Shown piece by piece: positions 33,969 through 45,410 of a stretch of DNA of 46,986 nucleotides (position 1 is its first letter; every line of letters begins with the position of its first letter). The translations under genes and the position numbers were made by a program. The notes beneath the pieces were generated by a model. That model searched no databases and was not told the origin of the DNA. It saw only the letters and a program-made list of their open reading frames with translations. Origin of the DNA: an uncultured Candidatus Saccharibacteria bacterium (GTDB lineage Bacteria; Patescibacteriota; Minisyncoccia; UBA6257; Colwellbacteraceae). The stretch lies in the NCBI GenBank assembly GCA_964348915.1, contig CAYGEM010000001.1:79396-126381 (forward strand), given 5' to 3'.

Positions 33969-35477
33969 TTAATCATAAGTAACGATGACCCGTTCCGGAT
34001 TCTTAGTCACGCTTCGCACCCAAAACGGCCAAAGCTCGATGCCAACCCTTTCCAGGTCTTTTAAAGAGAGAGCGGCCTCCCGGGCGCGACTCTCCCCCAA
34101 TCCCAAAACGGAACTTTTGAAATCCTCCTGATTGAACTGCGGTATCCAATTGGAAGAAAAATCCATCTCGAAAGAAATCTTTTTGGCGCTGAAATCAACC
34201 AAGGCCTTCCCGTAGGTTATCTTATAATCTTTCAGCAGAAAATCGCCCTTTTCCTTTCCGGCGAAAACCGAAGTCAAAACCGCAAGCAAGCTTTCTTCTT
34301 TAAAAGCCATCAGGCGTTTTTTCGCGGAAAGCGACAATTGAAAATTGCCGGCAGAGTCAGCTATCGGAGAAGCGGTTTCTTTCGCCATTATCGTTTCTGT
34401 CGCCCCCTCGAGTACGCTAAAGCCCTTCGGCATCTTGGAATTCATTTCCAAATCGAGGCTTATGGCGATTTCCTTCCCGGCTTTATCTTTAGCGGAAGCG
34501 ATATCGGCCGCGGTAGGAACCTTGGTCTTACCGATATATCCGCCGCTGGCCTTGCCTTTTATCTCGCCATAAAAACCCTCGTATTTCGCCGTTTTCTGGA
34601 AACCGGGAATATTCAACCGGTTGATCGGGCCGATGTTATATTCTTCACCCGCTTTGTCAGCTTCGGCTTTAACCGCGATGCTTGAAGGGATAATCTTGCC
34701 GTTTTCCACTTTGGCGCCGGGAATGGTTAATTCCCCGGTCAAGCGGAATATTTTTCCGTCAGGAGAAACGAAGCGCGTCGACTTGACCAAATTCTGCGAC
34801 AGCGAACTATAAGCGTTGTAAACGGTGAGGTCGACGACGGCCTTGCTCTCCACATATTTTTCCCCGCTTGCTGGAAAGTTAAAAACAGAATTTTTCTCAA
34901 ATTCGAAGAATTGGCCGGGCAAGGAAATTTTGTCAGTGAAAGAGCCGGCAACGATATTCGCCGCCGCGACAACGTCCCCGCTGAAAACCCAGGGGGTCTT
35001 TTTGAAAACGATGTCGATTTTCGCCTTGGGCAAAAACACGACCGCGGCGATTCCAACGGCAAGAATTGTGAACGCTCCGAAAGCAGTCCATCTCCGGCGA
35101 CCCCCCCTTCTCGATTCCTTCGCTTCGCCGCGCGCTTCCCTACCCCCTTCTTTTTCTTCCTTCACGATTAAATGGGAATGAATTGTTCTCTGGGGAAGAA
35201 TATCAACGATTGGTCTTCTTATCCCCTGAAAAAGCGACTCTTCTATTTTAAAGCCGGCGGCGACCGCCATTTCGAGAACTTGTTCATCAAAAGATTCTAT
35301 TTTAACGTCTTTCTTCGCGGCGCGCGCCTCGCGGTTCAACAGATGAAAATCCTCTTCCCCTCTCTCGAAAATAGCCCCTTTCGGAATAAATAAAGTTATC
35401 TCTTTTCCCCTCGCGGTTATGACTTTATGGATAATCGAAGAAATTTTTTCGTCCTTGTCCGTGTATATTTTTTTCAT
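33969..35477 (-). CDS. bitopic membrane protein with a beta-rich extracytoplasmic region (baseplate-J-like resemblance)
   Basis: One TM at about aa 130-150; [23 protein letters not shown] motifs; family assignment from recall. Confidence 0.55.
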   Translation of the reverse strand: MKKIYTDKDEKISSIIHKVITARGKEITLFIPKGAIFERGEEDFHLLNREARAAKKDVKIESFDEQVLEMAVAAGFKIEESLFQGIRRPIVDILPQRTIHSHLIVKEEKEGGREARGEAKESRRGGRRRWTAFGAFTILAVGIAAVVFLPKAKIDIVFKKTPWVFSGDVVAAANIVAGSFTDKISLPGQFFEFEKNSVFNFPASGEKYVESKAVVDLTVYNAYSSLSQNLVKSTRFVSPDGKIFRLTGELTIPGAKVENGKIIPSSIAVKAEADKAGEEYNIGPINRLNIPGFQKTAKYEGFYGEIKGKASGGYIGKTKVPTAADIASAKDKAGKEIAISLDLEMNSKMPKGFSVLEGATETIMAKETASPIADSAGNFQLSLSAKKRLMAFKEESLLAVLTSVFAGKEKGDFLLKDYKITYGKALVDFSAKKISFEMDFSSNWIPQFNQEDFKSSVLGLGESRAREAALSLKDLERVGIELWPFWVRSVTKNPERVIVTYD

Positions 35478-35496
35478 CCTTATTATTTTAACCTTT

Positions 35497-36459
35497 TTAT
35501 TTTCCGGCTACCAGCCACCTGACCCTCTGCCGGGCAAGCTTATTCAACTCGACGTTTGTCTCCGCGAGATCCGCCTCCCAAAAAGCAATCTCTTCCTTTT
35601 CCGGCGGGAGAATGAACCGGATATCCGGAGAAGAGGATGGATAACGCAAAACTTTCTTGTCGGCGCGGCCGAATAAACGGCTCGCGACGTAAATCGCCGT
35701 TTTCTTTATTTTGGCGTTATGAAAAGCGGCCCCGATGCCTTGGTGAAATCCTTGAAAAAAATCGCTGAAAATATTTTTCAGCCGTTTGGAAAATCCGGAA
35801 GAAAGCTTCCCTTGAAAATAGCGGACGACAATCTGCCGGCCGGCTTCCTCGGGCACATTTATAAAATCGGCGACCCCGGAGACGAATTTCTCGTCATCCC
35901 AGTCAAAATCGCTAAGATAATCTATGCCGCCGCCATCTTCGACTCGATAAAGTCGCGTTTTGCCTTCATGGAACTCCGCCAGGATAAATCCGCTTCGTCC
36001 GCTTTCTTCCCGAATCAGGCGGGCGTGCGCCGAAGCGGGATGGAAGAACAAATTTATCTCTTCATCTTTTGAGAGGCGGGAAGAAATAACATCGACAAAA
36101 TCTCTTTCCGCGAGAGTCTGACCGATTTCCAGTTCGATCTTGGAACCAGTGAACCCGAGAGGATTCATCACCCGGAAACCGTCAATTTTAACGGACATTA
36201 TTCTCGCGCTAAGAAGAATGACATCGAGTTCCGAGATGCCCAAACGCCGGCCGAGCCGCTGGCGCGCTTCGTCGAAAATCCTCCAGATAGCTTGAGAAAC
36301 GGCCGACTGCAGTTCCGGGCCGTCTATTTCCCTATCTTTATTTTTGCGGGGAACAACCGCGAAAGAATAAATCGACATGCCCTTCGAAGCCGGAACCGCT
36401 AAGGCGCGCTTCCGGCCGCCCAACGACAATAAATATTCGCCGAAGGGATTAGTCGGCAT
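35497..36459 (-). CDS. divergent FtsA/actin-like protein
   Basis: VKIDGFRVMNPLGFTG resembles FtsA subdomain 1C; canonical ATP motifs not evident. Confidence 0.5.
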   Translation of the reverse strand: MPTNPFGEYLLSLGGRKRALAVPASKGMSIYSFAVVPRKNKDREIDGPELQSAVSQAIWRIFDEARQRLGRRLGISELDVILLSARIMSVKIDGFRVMNPLGFTGSKIELEIGQTLAERDFVDVISSRLSKDEEINLFFHPASAHARLIREESGRSGFILAEFHEGKTRLYRVEDGGGIDYLSDFDWDDEKFVSGVADFINVPEEAGRQIVVRYFQGKLSSGFSKRLKNIFSDFFQGFHQGIGAAFHNAKIKKTAIYVASRLFGRADKKVLRYPSSSPDIRFILPPEKEEIAFWEADLAETNVELNKLARQRVRWLVAGK

Positions 36460-38347
36460 TGGCCTTGATTCTTCTCACTCCCCGCGAGGAGGCCTCTTCT
36501 TTGATAATCCGGAATTTTCCCAGTTCACCGGTTATCTTAACATGCGGACCGCCGCAAATTTCCAAGCTGAATGGTTTTTCTCCGGGCCGGCCAATAAAAT
36601 AAATCTTAACTTTTGCCCCGTAACGCTCATTGAAAATGCCCATTGCTCCCATTTCCTTCGCTTTTTCCAGAGAGATCTCTTCGACAGTTACCGGAAGGTT
36701 TTCGGAAATTTTTTCGTTGACCAAATTTTCCACGTCCTGCAATTCCTTCTCCGTAAGTTTGCGGGGAAAGGAAAAATCGAAACGAAGCCGCTCGGCGGTA
36801 ATATTGCTCCCTTTCTGAAAAACTTCCGGCCCCAGAATCTGCCGGAGCGAAGCGAGTAAAAGATGGGTAACGGTATGCAACTTGGTGGTTTTCTCACTCG
36901 CGTCAGCCAAACCGCCCTTGAACATGCCGGCGGAAGAAGTGCGGGATAATTCTTGGTGTTTCCGCAAGGCCTCATTGAATTCTTTTTCGTCAACTGAAAA
37001 TCCTTTTTCTTTGGCTAATTCAATTATTATTTCTATTGGAAATCCGTAGGTTTGATATAAATTAAAAGATTGTTCGCCAGAAATATTTCCTGTTATTTTT
37101 TCAAATTCTTTTAGTCCATTTTCCAACGTTTTTTCAAATTTTTCCTGTTCTTTGTCTAACTCGTTGCAAACGAATTTAAAGTTTCTTTCCAATTCCGGAT
37201 AAGTGTCTTTATAAATTTCTTTAACTTCATTGGCTAACTCTTTCAACCAAAGTTCTTTATTGATTCCGAGTTGCTTGCCATATCTTATGGCGCGCCTGAT
37301 AAGACGACGAATAACATAACCCTGTTTTGTGTTGGAAGGTACGATTCCGACGTCATCAGCCAAAACAAAAGTCGCGGCTTTTATATGGTCAGCGATAATA
37401 CGAATCTGTTTTCGAATATCCACCCAGCACTTTTTGTCGTCTGCTATATAATCCGCGTCCGACTTGTCACCATATTCAAATTTTGACAATTCTTCTATTT
37501 TTTTAATAATCGGCGAGAAGAGGTCGCTTTCGAAAATATCGTTCAAGTTATTAACTGCCATCACGAGCCGTTCCAAACCGGAACCGAAATCGACATTTTT
37601 GCTCTTCAGCTCTTTCCATCCGTTTTCGGCGCGCTGATACTGCATAAACACCGAATTGCCGATTTCCAAAAACCGGCCGCAGTCGCAATTCAAATGGCAG
37701 TATTTGCCGAAACTGGGGTTATGCGGTTTGCCGGTGTCGTAAAAAGTTTCCGAGTCCGGCCCGCCGAGTTCGCCGATGGCGTCTCCTCTTTGCCACCAAT
37801 TCTTGTCGCAATAGGCAAAAATTCTCTGCCTTGTAAAATCAAGTTCCTCGCCCGGGCCTAAAGCGCCTTTCCCGAAAGTCGGCGGCCCTTCTCCGGCTTC
37901 CACGCCATAATCGGCGAAAATGCCCTTTAATATCTTCACCGATTCTTCATCCCGCGGAGCCCGTTCGTCACCGGCATAAACGGACTGATAAAGCCGGCGC
38001 GGGTCGATTCTCATCTCTCTCACCAAAAATTCAAACCACCAATTAAGCTGGTCTTTTTTGAAATAATCGCCGAGGGACCAATTGCCGAGCATCTCGAAAA
38101 AAGTATCGTGGCGGTTATCGCCGACCTCCTCGATATCCTCGGCGCGGAAGGACTTCTGGGAATCGGCCAAACGTTTTCCGGCCGGATGCTCTTCTCCCAA
38201 AAGATAAGGCACGAGCGGAAACATTCCCGAATTGGTGAAAAGAAGAGTCGGGTCGTTTTCGGGAATAAGCGAAGCCGAGGGGATAATCGCATGCCCCCGG
38301 ACTTTTTGGAACTCCAAAAAAGAATTTCTTATCTCGCGTGAATCCAT
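36449..38347 (-). CDS. alaS: alanine--tRNA ligase (short form, no C-Ala domain)
   Basis: DPTLLFTNSGM, FFEMLGNWSLGDYFK, GSGLERL, HTVTH, EICGGPHV, GVRRI. Confidence 0.96.
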   Translation of the reverse strand: MDSREIRNSFLEFQKVRGHAIIPSASLIPENDPTLLFTNSGMFPLVPYLLGEEHPAGKRLADSQKSFRAEDIEEVGDNRHDTFFEMLGNWSLGDYFKKDQLNWWFEFLVREMRIDPRRLYQSVYAGDERAPRDEESVKILKGIFADYGVEAGEGPPTFGKGALGPGEELDFTRQRIFAYCDKNWWQRGDAIGELGGPDSETFYDTGKPHNPSFGKYCHLNCDCGRFLEIGNSVFMQYQRAENGWKELKSKNVDFGSGLERLVMAVNNLNDIFESDLFSPIIKKIEELSKFEYGDKSDADYIADDKKCWVDIRKQIRIIADHIKAATFVLADDVGIVPSNTKQGYVIRRLIRRAIRYGKQLGINKELWLKELANEVKEIYKDTYPELERNFKFVCNELDKEQEKFEKTLENGLKEFEKITGNISGEQSFNLYQTYGFPIEIIIELAKEKGFSVDEKEFNEALRKHQELSRTSSAGMFKGGLADASEKTTKLHTVTHLLLASLRQILGPEVFQKGSNITAERLRFDFSFPRKLTEKELQDVENLVNEKISENLPVTVEEISLEKAKEMGAMGIFNERYGAKVKIYFIGRPGEKPFSLEICGGPHVKITGELGKFRIIKEEASSRGVRRIKANAD

Positions 38348-38355
38348 TATTAAAA

Positions 38356-39714
38356 TCAATACTCGCCGAGGCGCGCCACCTTCTGATGGACCCGGATTTT
38401 TTCCAGCGCTTTGGCTTCGATCTGCCGGATGCGCTCGCGCGTCACGCCGAAAACTTTGCCGACCTCCTCAAGCGTATGAGTGGTTCCGTCATCCAAACCG
38501 AAGCGCAACTCCAGAATTTTTCTTTCACGGTCGGTCAAATCGCCGAGGACTTCCCGAATCTGGTCTTTAAGAATTTCGCGGGAAACCGCTTGAGCCGGAG
38601 TGAGGGTCTTTTCGTCCGGAATAAATTCGGAAAGTATCGAATCGTCCTCCTCGCCGACCGGCGATTCGAGCGAAATGACATCCTGGGAAATTTTCTGAAT
38701 ATGGTGGATTTTTTCCACATCCACGTTCATTTCCAATGCGACTTCTTCCGGAAGAGGATCGCGACCGAGTTCCTGCATAAGTTTGCGCCGCGCCTGGGTG
38801 TATTTGGAAATCGTTTCCACCATATGCACCGGGATGCGGATGGTCCGCGAGTGATCGGCGAGCGCCCGGGTAATCGCCTGCCTTATCCACCAAGTGGCGT
38901 AAGTGGAAAACTTAAATCCCTTGCGGTAATCGAATTTTTGGACGGCGCGGAAAAGTCCCAGATTACCCTCTTGAATCAAGTCCAGAATACTCAAATGAGG
39001 ACTGCGATGCGCGTAACGTTTGGCGATGGAAACAACCAGCCGCAAATTAGCCTTGATAAGTTTCTGACGCGCCTCTTCGCTTCCGGCTATAATCTTCTTG
39101 GCCAAATCCTTTTCTTCCGCCGATTTAAGCAGAGGGGTGCGGCCGATTTCCTTCAGATAAATCTGCACGTTATCCGCCAAATCGTCGCTCACGGTCGCCG
39201 CTTGTTTCAATTCTTTCTGGCTGATTTCGGATTCGCCCGGAAGCTCAATCAGATGGCCAACGTCGATAATCCTCACACCCGCTCCTTCCAGTTTGTCGTA
39301 AATTTCTTCAAGAAAAGAAAGTTCTGTCTCTATCCGGGGAAAATATTTCAATATCTCCACGTCAGTCACGAATCCTTTCAGTCGGCCGTGTTCGACAAGT
39401 TCGCCGAGAGCGGACTGTTCAAACTCTTTCGCCCCGGCCGTCTTTTCACGCGCGATTTCTTTCGGAATCTTTTTTTTAACCGGCGCTTGCTCTTTTTTCT
39501 TGCCGGAGGACCGGCGCGAAACTTTCAGCCTGACCGTTTTTTTTCGCAAAATTCTTTTTCCGACAGAAAGAGTTTTTAAATTCCTCTTTTTTTTAACCGC
39601 CGAACGCCGGATTTTCCGAGCCGAACCGATTCGGCGCGCCGGTTTTTTTCCGGCTTTCCGCGATAACCCGGATGCGGAAATTTTCTTTTTAGAGGTTCGG
39701 TTTTTTGGGGGCAT
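38356..39714 (-). CDS. rpoD: primary sigma factor with Lys/Arg-rich N-terminal extension
   Basis: [50 protein letters not shown]. Confidence 0.96.
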   Translation of the reverse strand: MPPKNRTSKKKISASGLSRKAGKKPARRIGSARKIRRSAVKKKRNLKTLSVGKRILRKKTVRLKVSRRSSGKKKEQAPVKKKIPKEIAREKTAGAKEFEQSALGELVEHGRLKGFVTDVEILKYFPRIETELSFLEEIYDKLEGAGVRIIDVGHLIELPGESEISQKELKQAATVSDDLADNVQIYLKEIGRTPLLKSAEEKDLAKKIIAGSEEARQKLIKANLRLVVSIAKRYAHRSPHLSILDLIQEGNLGLFRAVQKFDYRKGFKFSTYATWWIRQAITRALADHSRTIRIPVHMVETISKYTQARRKLMQELGRDPLPEEVALEMNVDVEKIHHIQKISQDVISLESPVGEEDDSILSEFIPDEKTLTPAQAVSREILKDQIREVLGDLTDRERKILELRFGLDDGTTHTLEEVGKVFGVTRERIRQIEAKALEKIRVHQKVARLGEY

Positions 39715-41449
39715 TTTTTCTTTTAAGTTCGTTGATTTTCGCGGCTATTTCCTGAAACCGCCGGATTTGCTCGGACGACCCCTCTCTGTCTTCACTCTCT
39801 TCTTTGCGGATAAGAGCTCCCTGTTTCGCGGCTTCCTCGCTCAAAAATTCGATTTCCAAATAGCGAAGGAGGTCGCCAAATTCTCCAATTAATTCTTTCT
39901 TGTCTTTTTCCTCCAAACCTGCCCGCAGGCAGACCAAATCGAAAATTTTCGCCGTTTCGCTGTCGGCCGGCTTCGCGCCCGAAACAATACAATTATAAAC
40001 CGCCAAATAGCGGGACGGCAAATAATCTTTGCGCTTCTCCAGTTCCTCCCGAAATTCTTCTTTGAGGGTAAAAATGGCGAGAATCCTTTCGGCGATAAGC
40101 TCTTTCCGGGAAAGTTTCTCGGCTGTTTTTTCTTCTCCGGCGCGTCCCCCTCCCGCTTCTCCGGAAGAAGGCGCTCTGTACATTTCTTCAATAAGGGTTT
40201 CTTCTTTCACTCCGGATCTCTCGGAAAGTTTTTTTAGCCAGTATTCCCTTTCAATCGGACTCGACACCTTGATTATTTTTCCGAGAATGCCGCGCAAACC
40301 GTTTTTCTTTTCCGTTATGCTTCCGCCGGCCGCCGAATAAACATCGAAGTAGTATTCCATGGCCGGCTCGGCTTTCAACGCGGCCTCTTTAAGCAAGCCG
40401 GGGGCTTCAACGGCAAAATCCGCCGGGTCTTTTATTTTTTTTCCGGCCGGAGCGCTTTTCTCGATATCAAGAACGCACACTTCGAAATCCGCTTCGTGCG
40501 CGGCGTCAATACTCCTCTCCGTCGCCTGCCGGCCGGCGAAATCGTTGTCGAAACACAATACGAGCTTGTCGGAATATCTTTTTAGGGTTTTTAAGTGGTC
40601 GCGAGTCAAGGCCGTGCCCGAGGTACCGACCGTATTTTTTGCTCCATCCTGATGCGCCATCACCACGTCCATCTGTCCTTCGACCAGAAGAACGAAGCCG
40701 GATTCGCGAATGGCTTCTTTGGCGCGGGAAAAGCCGTAGATGACGCGGGATTTGGAAAAAATCGGCGTTTCCGGCGAATTAAGGTATTTAGCGGTTTCGC
40801 CATTATCAAACTGGGGCAGGATGCGGCCGGAAAACCCGACCGTCTTTCCAAAACTATTTAAAAGCGGAAACATCAGCCGGCCGCGAAAACGGTCGAAATA
40901 TTTCCCGCGTTCATTGCGGATAATCATGCCCGAACGGGACAAATCCCGAACATCGAATCCTTTGTTGATGAGAAAAACCGTCAGATCTTCGAAGCCCGGC
41001 GGAGCGAAACCCAAATTGAAGTCATTGGAAGTTTCTTCGCTAATCCCCCGTGAAACGACATAGCGACACGCCGGTTCCGAACGCAAAAGATTCTCGCGAA
41101 AAAATTCCGCCGCAGTTTGATTGATGTCATAGAGAACGCCGAATTCCCTTTGCTCTGCCGGACTGACTTTTTTCAGCTCGACTCCCGCTTTCTCGGCGAG
41201 AATTTTCAGCGCCTCGTAGAACTCCAGATTTTCGTACTTCATCAAGAAACGGAAAATATCCCCTCCCTCGCCACAGCCGAAGCAATGCCAAATCTGCCGG
41301 TCCGGCGAAATCACAAACGAAGGCATTTTTTCCTTATGAAAAGGGCAGAGCGCCTTGAAATTTTTCCCGGCCGGTTTCACCTCCAGATAGCCGCGCAGAA
41401 ACTCGGCAAGGTCGAGCCGCTCTTTGACGTCTTCAATAACTGAGGCCAT
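39689..41449 (-). CDS. dnaG: DNA primase
   Basis: CPFH..CFGC zinc finger, [19 protein letters not shown]. Confidence 0.97.
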   Translation of the reverse strand: MASVIEDVKERLDLAEFLRGYLEVKPAGKNFKALCPFHKEKMPSFVISPDRQIWHCFGCGEGGDIFRFLMKYENLEFYEALKILAEKAGVELKKVSPAEQREFGVLYDINQTAAEFFRENLLRSEPACRYVVSRGISEETSNDFNLGFAPPGFEDLTVFLINKGFDVRDLSRSGMIIRNERGKYFDRFRGRLMFPLLNSFGKTVGFSGRILPQFDNGETAKYLNSPETPIFSKSRVIYGFSRAKEAIRESGFVLLVEGQMDVVMAHQDGAKNTVGTSGTALTRDHLKTLKRYSDKLVLCFDNDFAGRQATERSIDAAHEADFEVCVLDIEKSAPAGKKIKDPADFAVEAPGLLKEAALKAEPAMEYYFDVYSAAGGSITEKKNGLRGILGKIIKVSSPIEREYWLKKLSERSGVKEETLIEEMYRAPSSGEAGGGRAGEEKTAEKLSRKELIAERILAIFTLKEEFREELEKRKDYLPSRYLAVYNCIVSGAKPADSETAKIFDLVCLRAGLEEKDKKELIGEFGDLLRYLEIEFLSEEAAKQGALIRKEESEDREGSSEQIRRFQEIAAKINELKRKNAPKKPNL

Positions 41450-42389
41450 ATCGGTTTAATGCCGCTTGAATGATTCTGTCCAGAAGCCCGGAGAAAGAAA
41501 TTCCCATCGCCGCGGCCTCTTTGGGAAGGATGCTGGTCGCAGTCATGCCGGGAATGGTATTAATTTCCAAAACGTAAAGCTTGCTGTCTTCGTGGGACAA
41601 AATCATGTCTGTCCGCGACATACCGGAGGCGCCGATAATCCGATGGGCCGCCGCGGCGGTATTCTTGATTTTTTCTATTGTTTCAGCGGGCAGGCGCGGC
41701 GGAGTCACCTCTTCCGAGGCATTGTTCGCGTATTTGGAACGATAGTCGAAAAAATTGGAAAACTTGGGAATAATCTCGGTCGGCGCGAGAGAAGTAATCA
41801 GCCCCCGACCGTCGTCAAGCGCTCCGCAGGCAACTTCACGGCCGTTAATGTATTTTTGAATAATGGCGTCGCGGCTCACCCCGAAAACTTTTTTTGCGGC
41901 CGGGATGATATCTTCTTTCCGCCGGATCACGCTTACGGCCACGGACGAACCGCGGTTCGCCGGTTTCACCACCACAGGCAAATCGAAAGGAACGACCAGG
42001 TCTTTTAATTTTTCGTTTTTGTTGACGATAATCGCTTCCGGAGTAATCAAGCCGTGAGCGCGGAAAAGCCGGTCGGAAAAAATCTTATTCATGCCGAGAG
42101 CGCTCGGCAACGGCGCGCTACCGGTATAAGGCACTCCCAAACCTTCCAGAATGGACTGTACGGTTCCGTCTTCACCGAACTCACCGTGCATGGCGATAAA
42201 AACCAGGTCGACTTTTTTACGCAATTCTTCCGGCGGAACCTGCCAAACGCCGCCTTTGGTTATGCGTACCGAAAGAACTTCATATTTAGTCCGGTCGAGG
42301 CCGGCAATAATATTTCCCCCGCTCGCCAAAGAAACATCGTATTCGGACGACGGCCCGCCCATTAAAACGGCTAATTTGATGATTTTCAT
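41433..42389 (-). CDS. ddl: D-alanine--D-alanine ligase
   Basis: GGPSSEYDVS, HGEFGEDG, GSS, LEINTIPGMT; start ATG at 42389. Confidence 0.95.
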   Translation of the reverse strand: MKIIKLAVLMGGPSSEYDVSLASGGNIIAGLDRTKYEVLSVRITKGGVWQVPPEELRKKVDLVFIAMHGEFGEDGTVQSILEGLGVPYTGSAPLPSALGMNKIFSDRLFRAHGLITPEAIIVNKNEKLKDLVVPFDLPVVVKPANRGSSVAVSVIRRKEDIIPAAKKVFGVSRDAIIQKYINGREVACGALDDGRGLITSLAPTEIIPKFSNFFDYRSKYANNASEEVTPPRLPAETIEKIKNTAAAAHRIIGASGMSRTDMILSHEDSKLYVLEINTIPGMTATSILPKEAAAMGISFSGLLDRIIQAALNRYGLSY

Positions 42390-42495
42390 GAAAATAGTTT
42401 CCGCCAAAACCAACTTAATTGTCTGCTTAAAAAGGTCCGTTTTCAAGAACGGGCGGATTTGACACCGTCCCAAGGGCGTCATAGCGTAAATAGAT

Positions 42496-44055
42496 ATGCT
42501 CTCGGAACCGACCAGAGGATTGCTTGGAACTTATCGAACTTACATCGATAAAAGGGCTTCTTCGGAGAATCTGCCCAAAATACATGTCGACGAGATAGCC
42601 GCCAAGGTTGCGGCTTTTTACGAAAAAATACGCAATATCGTCGACTTCCAGGAAGACCATCTTCTCCGCAAACGGTTTATCGACCGCACTTTCCGGCGCC
42701 GGTTTCTTTTCTCCGTTTTGGACCCTGATATCGCCGAAGGGCTGGTAAAGGAAACTGTCCGCGCCGGCCACCTGCCGAACGACAGCGTGCCGGAAGAAAA
42801 AATCGCCGAAGTTCGGAATATCATCAATTTCGGCAAAAAAATCGGCGCGGAGATAAAAGACGACGGCCTTTACGATTGGTTCTTCGAGATGACCATCTGC
42901 GAAATCGAGGACGCGCTTTTCCCGGCGGACAAAAAAAAGATGGTCGCCGACCTGATGTTCTTCTCCCTCCGGGATTCGCTCGCGATTAAAAATATCCATA
43001 TCAATGAAAAAGAAATCGACCTCCAGCTTTTTTCCGCCGTGCAGAAAGCCCTCTTCCGCCTTGACCAAAATCAGCTTAATTACCGGCTGCTTAATTTCAT
43101 CTATCCGAGCTGGCGCCGGGAAGCGGAAAGCGGCGAAGAAATCATTTCCAAACTCAAAACGGCCAAAATCGCGATAGAAGAAGGACAAAAAAGTCCGGCC
43201 GGGGAAGAATTTATGAAGCTTTGCAACCGCTTCAATACGGTTTTTTATCTTATCGGCGACCTCTTGGAAGAGAACCGAACGCCGGCGGAATTGGAAGACA
43301 TATTCGCCAGCGACGAAAAACGAGATAAAGAAATATCCCGGCTTTACCGCGCAAGGTACGGCCGCGAAAAACAGCGCCTCAACCGTCTGGCTTTTCTCAC
43401 GGTCATTTCTTTTTTCATCACTAAAATAGCCATCGCCCTCGCCGTTGAAATCCCCATCGACAAATATCTCGGCAGTTTTTCCTGGAAAATCACCGCCGCG
43501 AATATCATTCTGCCGCCCTTTATAATGATTCTTATTCTCGCCGCGGTTCATATGCCTTCGAGCAATAACCTGAAACTGATTCTCGAAGAAACGAAGAAAA
43601 TCGCTTCTTCGGAAGAAAAACGCGCCTATTCCGTAATCTTTTCCCGACCGAAAAGATTTTTGACCCGGGCCTTTGTCTGGATTTTCTACGCCGCGACCGT
43701 AGTGGCCATATTCTACGGAACCGTCCTGCTCCTGCGCCACTTCGAATTCAGTCCGGCCAATACCGTTGTTTTCCTGATTTTTACTTCGCTCGTCGCCGCC
43801 GTAGGAGTAAGGATAAACAATCGCGCGAAAGAATTAAGTTTGGAAAAAGAGAGAACGACTTTCTTCTCCTTCCTCGTCGATGTTATTTCCATGCCGTTCG
43901 TGAGCGTCGGGAAAACCGTGCTGGTCGGCCTCGGCAAATTTAACGTTTTTGCGATTGTCGCCAATTTCTTCGTTGAATTGCCCTTTCAAATATTCGTGGA
44001 ATTCCTGGAAAACTTCAGCAGCTTTATCAAGAACCGGAAAGAAAAAATCAATTAA
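42496..44055 (+). CDS. hypothetical membrane protein (C-terminal multi-TM)
   Basis: 519-aa ORF, the only long plus-strand gene; FYEKIRNIVD..EDHLLR N-terminus, several TM segments. Confidence 0.8.
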   Translation: MLSEPTRGLLGTYRTYIDKRASSENLPKIHVDEIAAKVAAFYEKIRNIVDFQEDHLLRKRFIDRTFRRRFLFSVLDPDIAEGLVKETVRAGHLPNDSVPEEKIAEVRNIINFGKKIGAEIKDDGLYDWFFEMTICEIEDALFPADKKKMVADLMFFSLRDSLAIKNIHINEKEIDLQLFSAVQKALFRLDQNQLNYRLLNFIYPSWRREAESGEEIISKLKTAKIAIEEGQKSPAGEEFMKLCNRFNTVFYLIGDLLEENRTPAELEDIFASDEKRDKEISRLYRARYGREKQRLNRLAFLTVISFFITKIAIALAVEIPIDKYLGSFSWKITAANIILPPFIMILILAAVHMPSSNNLKLILEETKKIASSEEKRAYSVIFSRPKRFLTRAFVWIFYAATVVAIFYGTVLLLRHFEFSPANTVVFLIFTSLVAAVGVRINNRAKELSLEKERTTFFSFLVDVISMPFVSVGKTVLVGLGKFNVFAIVANFFVELPFQIFVEFLENFSSFIKNRKEKIN

Positions 44056-44056
44056 C

Positions 44057-45307
44057 CTACAGTTCCCCGCGGAGCTCCATCGCTTTCCTCACTCTCTCCA
44101 CGGCAATGGCGTAAGCGGCCATGCGCATATTTATCCCTTTATGAACGCGCTTCAACTCGGCATATTTTTTCTCAACCGAGGAATAAGCGTCAAGCATTAA
44201 TTTTTTCAATTTGGCGTAAACCTCTTTCTCTTCCCAGTAATAATTCTGGAGATTTTGGACCCACTCGAAATAAGACACGGCCACACCGCCGGCATTGGCC
44301 AGAACATCGGGAATAATCAGTATTCCTTTTTTGGTGAGTATTTTTTCGGCTTCCGGAGTGGTCGGACCGTTGGCCAATTCCAAAACATAGCGACATTTCA
44401 ACTTGGCGGCATTATTTTCGTGAATGGCGTTTTCCAGAGCCGCCGGCACGAAAATATCCGTCGCTACACCGACAATTTCCTCGGAGGCCATAATCTTGGC
44501 CGGAAAACCGACGAGTGTTTTGTTTTTTTCTTTGTAAGCCAGAGCTTTCTCCGCGTTAATTCCTTTTGAATCGTAAATAGTGTTCCGGCTGTCGGAGATG
44601 GCGACGATTTTATAGCCGGCTTTATAAGCGAATCTGGCGAAATATGAACCGACATTGCCGCATCCCTGAATGGCCAAAGTTATATTTTTCTTCGGTTTTT
44701 TAAGTTTTTTCGCGAACGCCTCGAGAATATAAAATCCCCCGAGACCGGTTGCTTCGGTCCGGCCTTTGGAGCCGCCGAGTTCAAGCGGCTTTCCGGTCAA
44801 AGCACCCGGGTCTTTACGGCCGATTATTTTTTCATATTCATCAAGCATCCAGGCCATGACGCGTCCGTTGGTGTTCACGTCCGGCGCGGGAATGTCTTTG
44901 TCGCTGCCGATGTACTTCGCGATTAAACGGATATAGGCGCGGCTCAACCGTTCCAGCTCTCTTTTTGAAAGAGAAGACGGCTCGACAATCACTCCGCCTT
45001 TTCCTCCGCCGTAAGGAATGCCAACGACGGCTGTTTTCCAAGTCATCCACATGGAAAGCGCTTTTACTTCGTCAACGCTCACGCCTGGATGAAAACGAAT
45101 GCCGCCTTTGTACGGCCCGCAAGCGTTATTGTGCTCGCTCCGAAAGGCCTTGAATTTTTTGGTTTTGCCGTTATCTAACTTGATTTCGATATTACCTTCG
45201 ATGAAGCGGTCTATCCGGGAAAGTTTTTTTATAGTCAGAGCGTCAAACCCTAAAATTTCCGCGACCTGCTCGAGCTGTTTTCTCGCGTTTTCCAAAGGGT
45301 TATTCAT
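44057..45307 (-). CDS. gdhA: Glu/Leu/Phe/Val dehydrogenase (glutamate dehydrogenase)
   Basis: GPYKGGIRFHP, GGGKGG, DIPAPDV, QGCGNVG, ELANGP, ANAGGV. Confidence 0.92.
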   Translation of the reverse strand: MNNPLENARKQLEQVAEILGFDALTIKKLSRIDRFIEGNIEIKLDNGKTKKFKAFRSEHNNACGPYKGGIRFHPGVSVDEVKALSMWMTWKTAVVGIPYGGGKGGVIVEPSSLSKRELERLSRAYIRLIAKYIGSDKDIPAPDVNTNGRVMAWMLDEYEKIIGRKDPGALTGKPLELGGSKGRTEATGLGGFYILEAFAKKLKKPKKNITLAIQGCGNVGSYFARFAYKAGYKIVAISDSRNTIYDSKGINAEKALAYKEKNKTLVGFPAKIMASEEIVGVATDIFVPAALENAIHENNAAKLKCRYVLELANGPTTPEAEKILTKKGILIIPDVLANAGGVAVSYFEWVQNLQNYYWEEKEVYAKLKKLMLDAYSSVEKKYAELKRVHKGINMRMAAYAIAVERVRKAMELRGEL

Positions 45308-45361
45308 AAAAACATTATACTCGGCGAGGGAAATAGCTCAAATTATTTTAAAATCGGGTCT

Positions 45362-45407
45362 AAAAACAGATTTGGGCAGAAAGACGTGGCGGGTCTTCCT
45401 GCCCAAA
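45362..45407 (-). terminator. terminator of ORF 45411-45854
   Basis: TTTGGGCAG..AAGAC/GTCTT..CTGCCCAAA stem, then TCTGTTTTT on the minus strand. Confidence 0.6.
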
Positions 45408-45410
45408 AAC

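Noticed and set aside
38338..43740. ORFs 38338-39579 (+) and 42427-43740 (-)
   Set aside because: Antisense shadows of rpoD and of the 519-aa membrane protein
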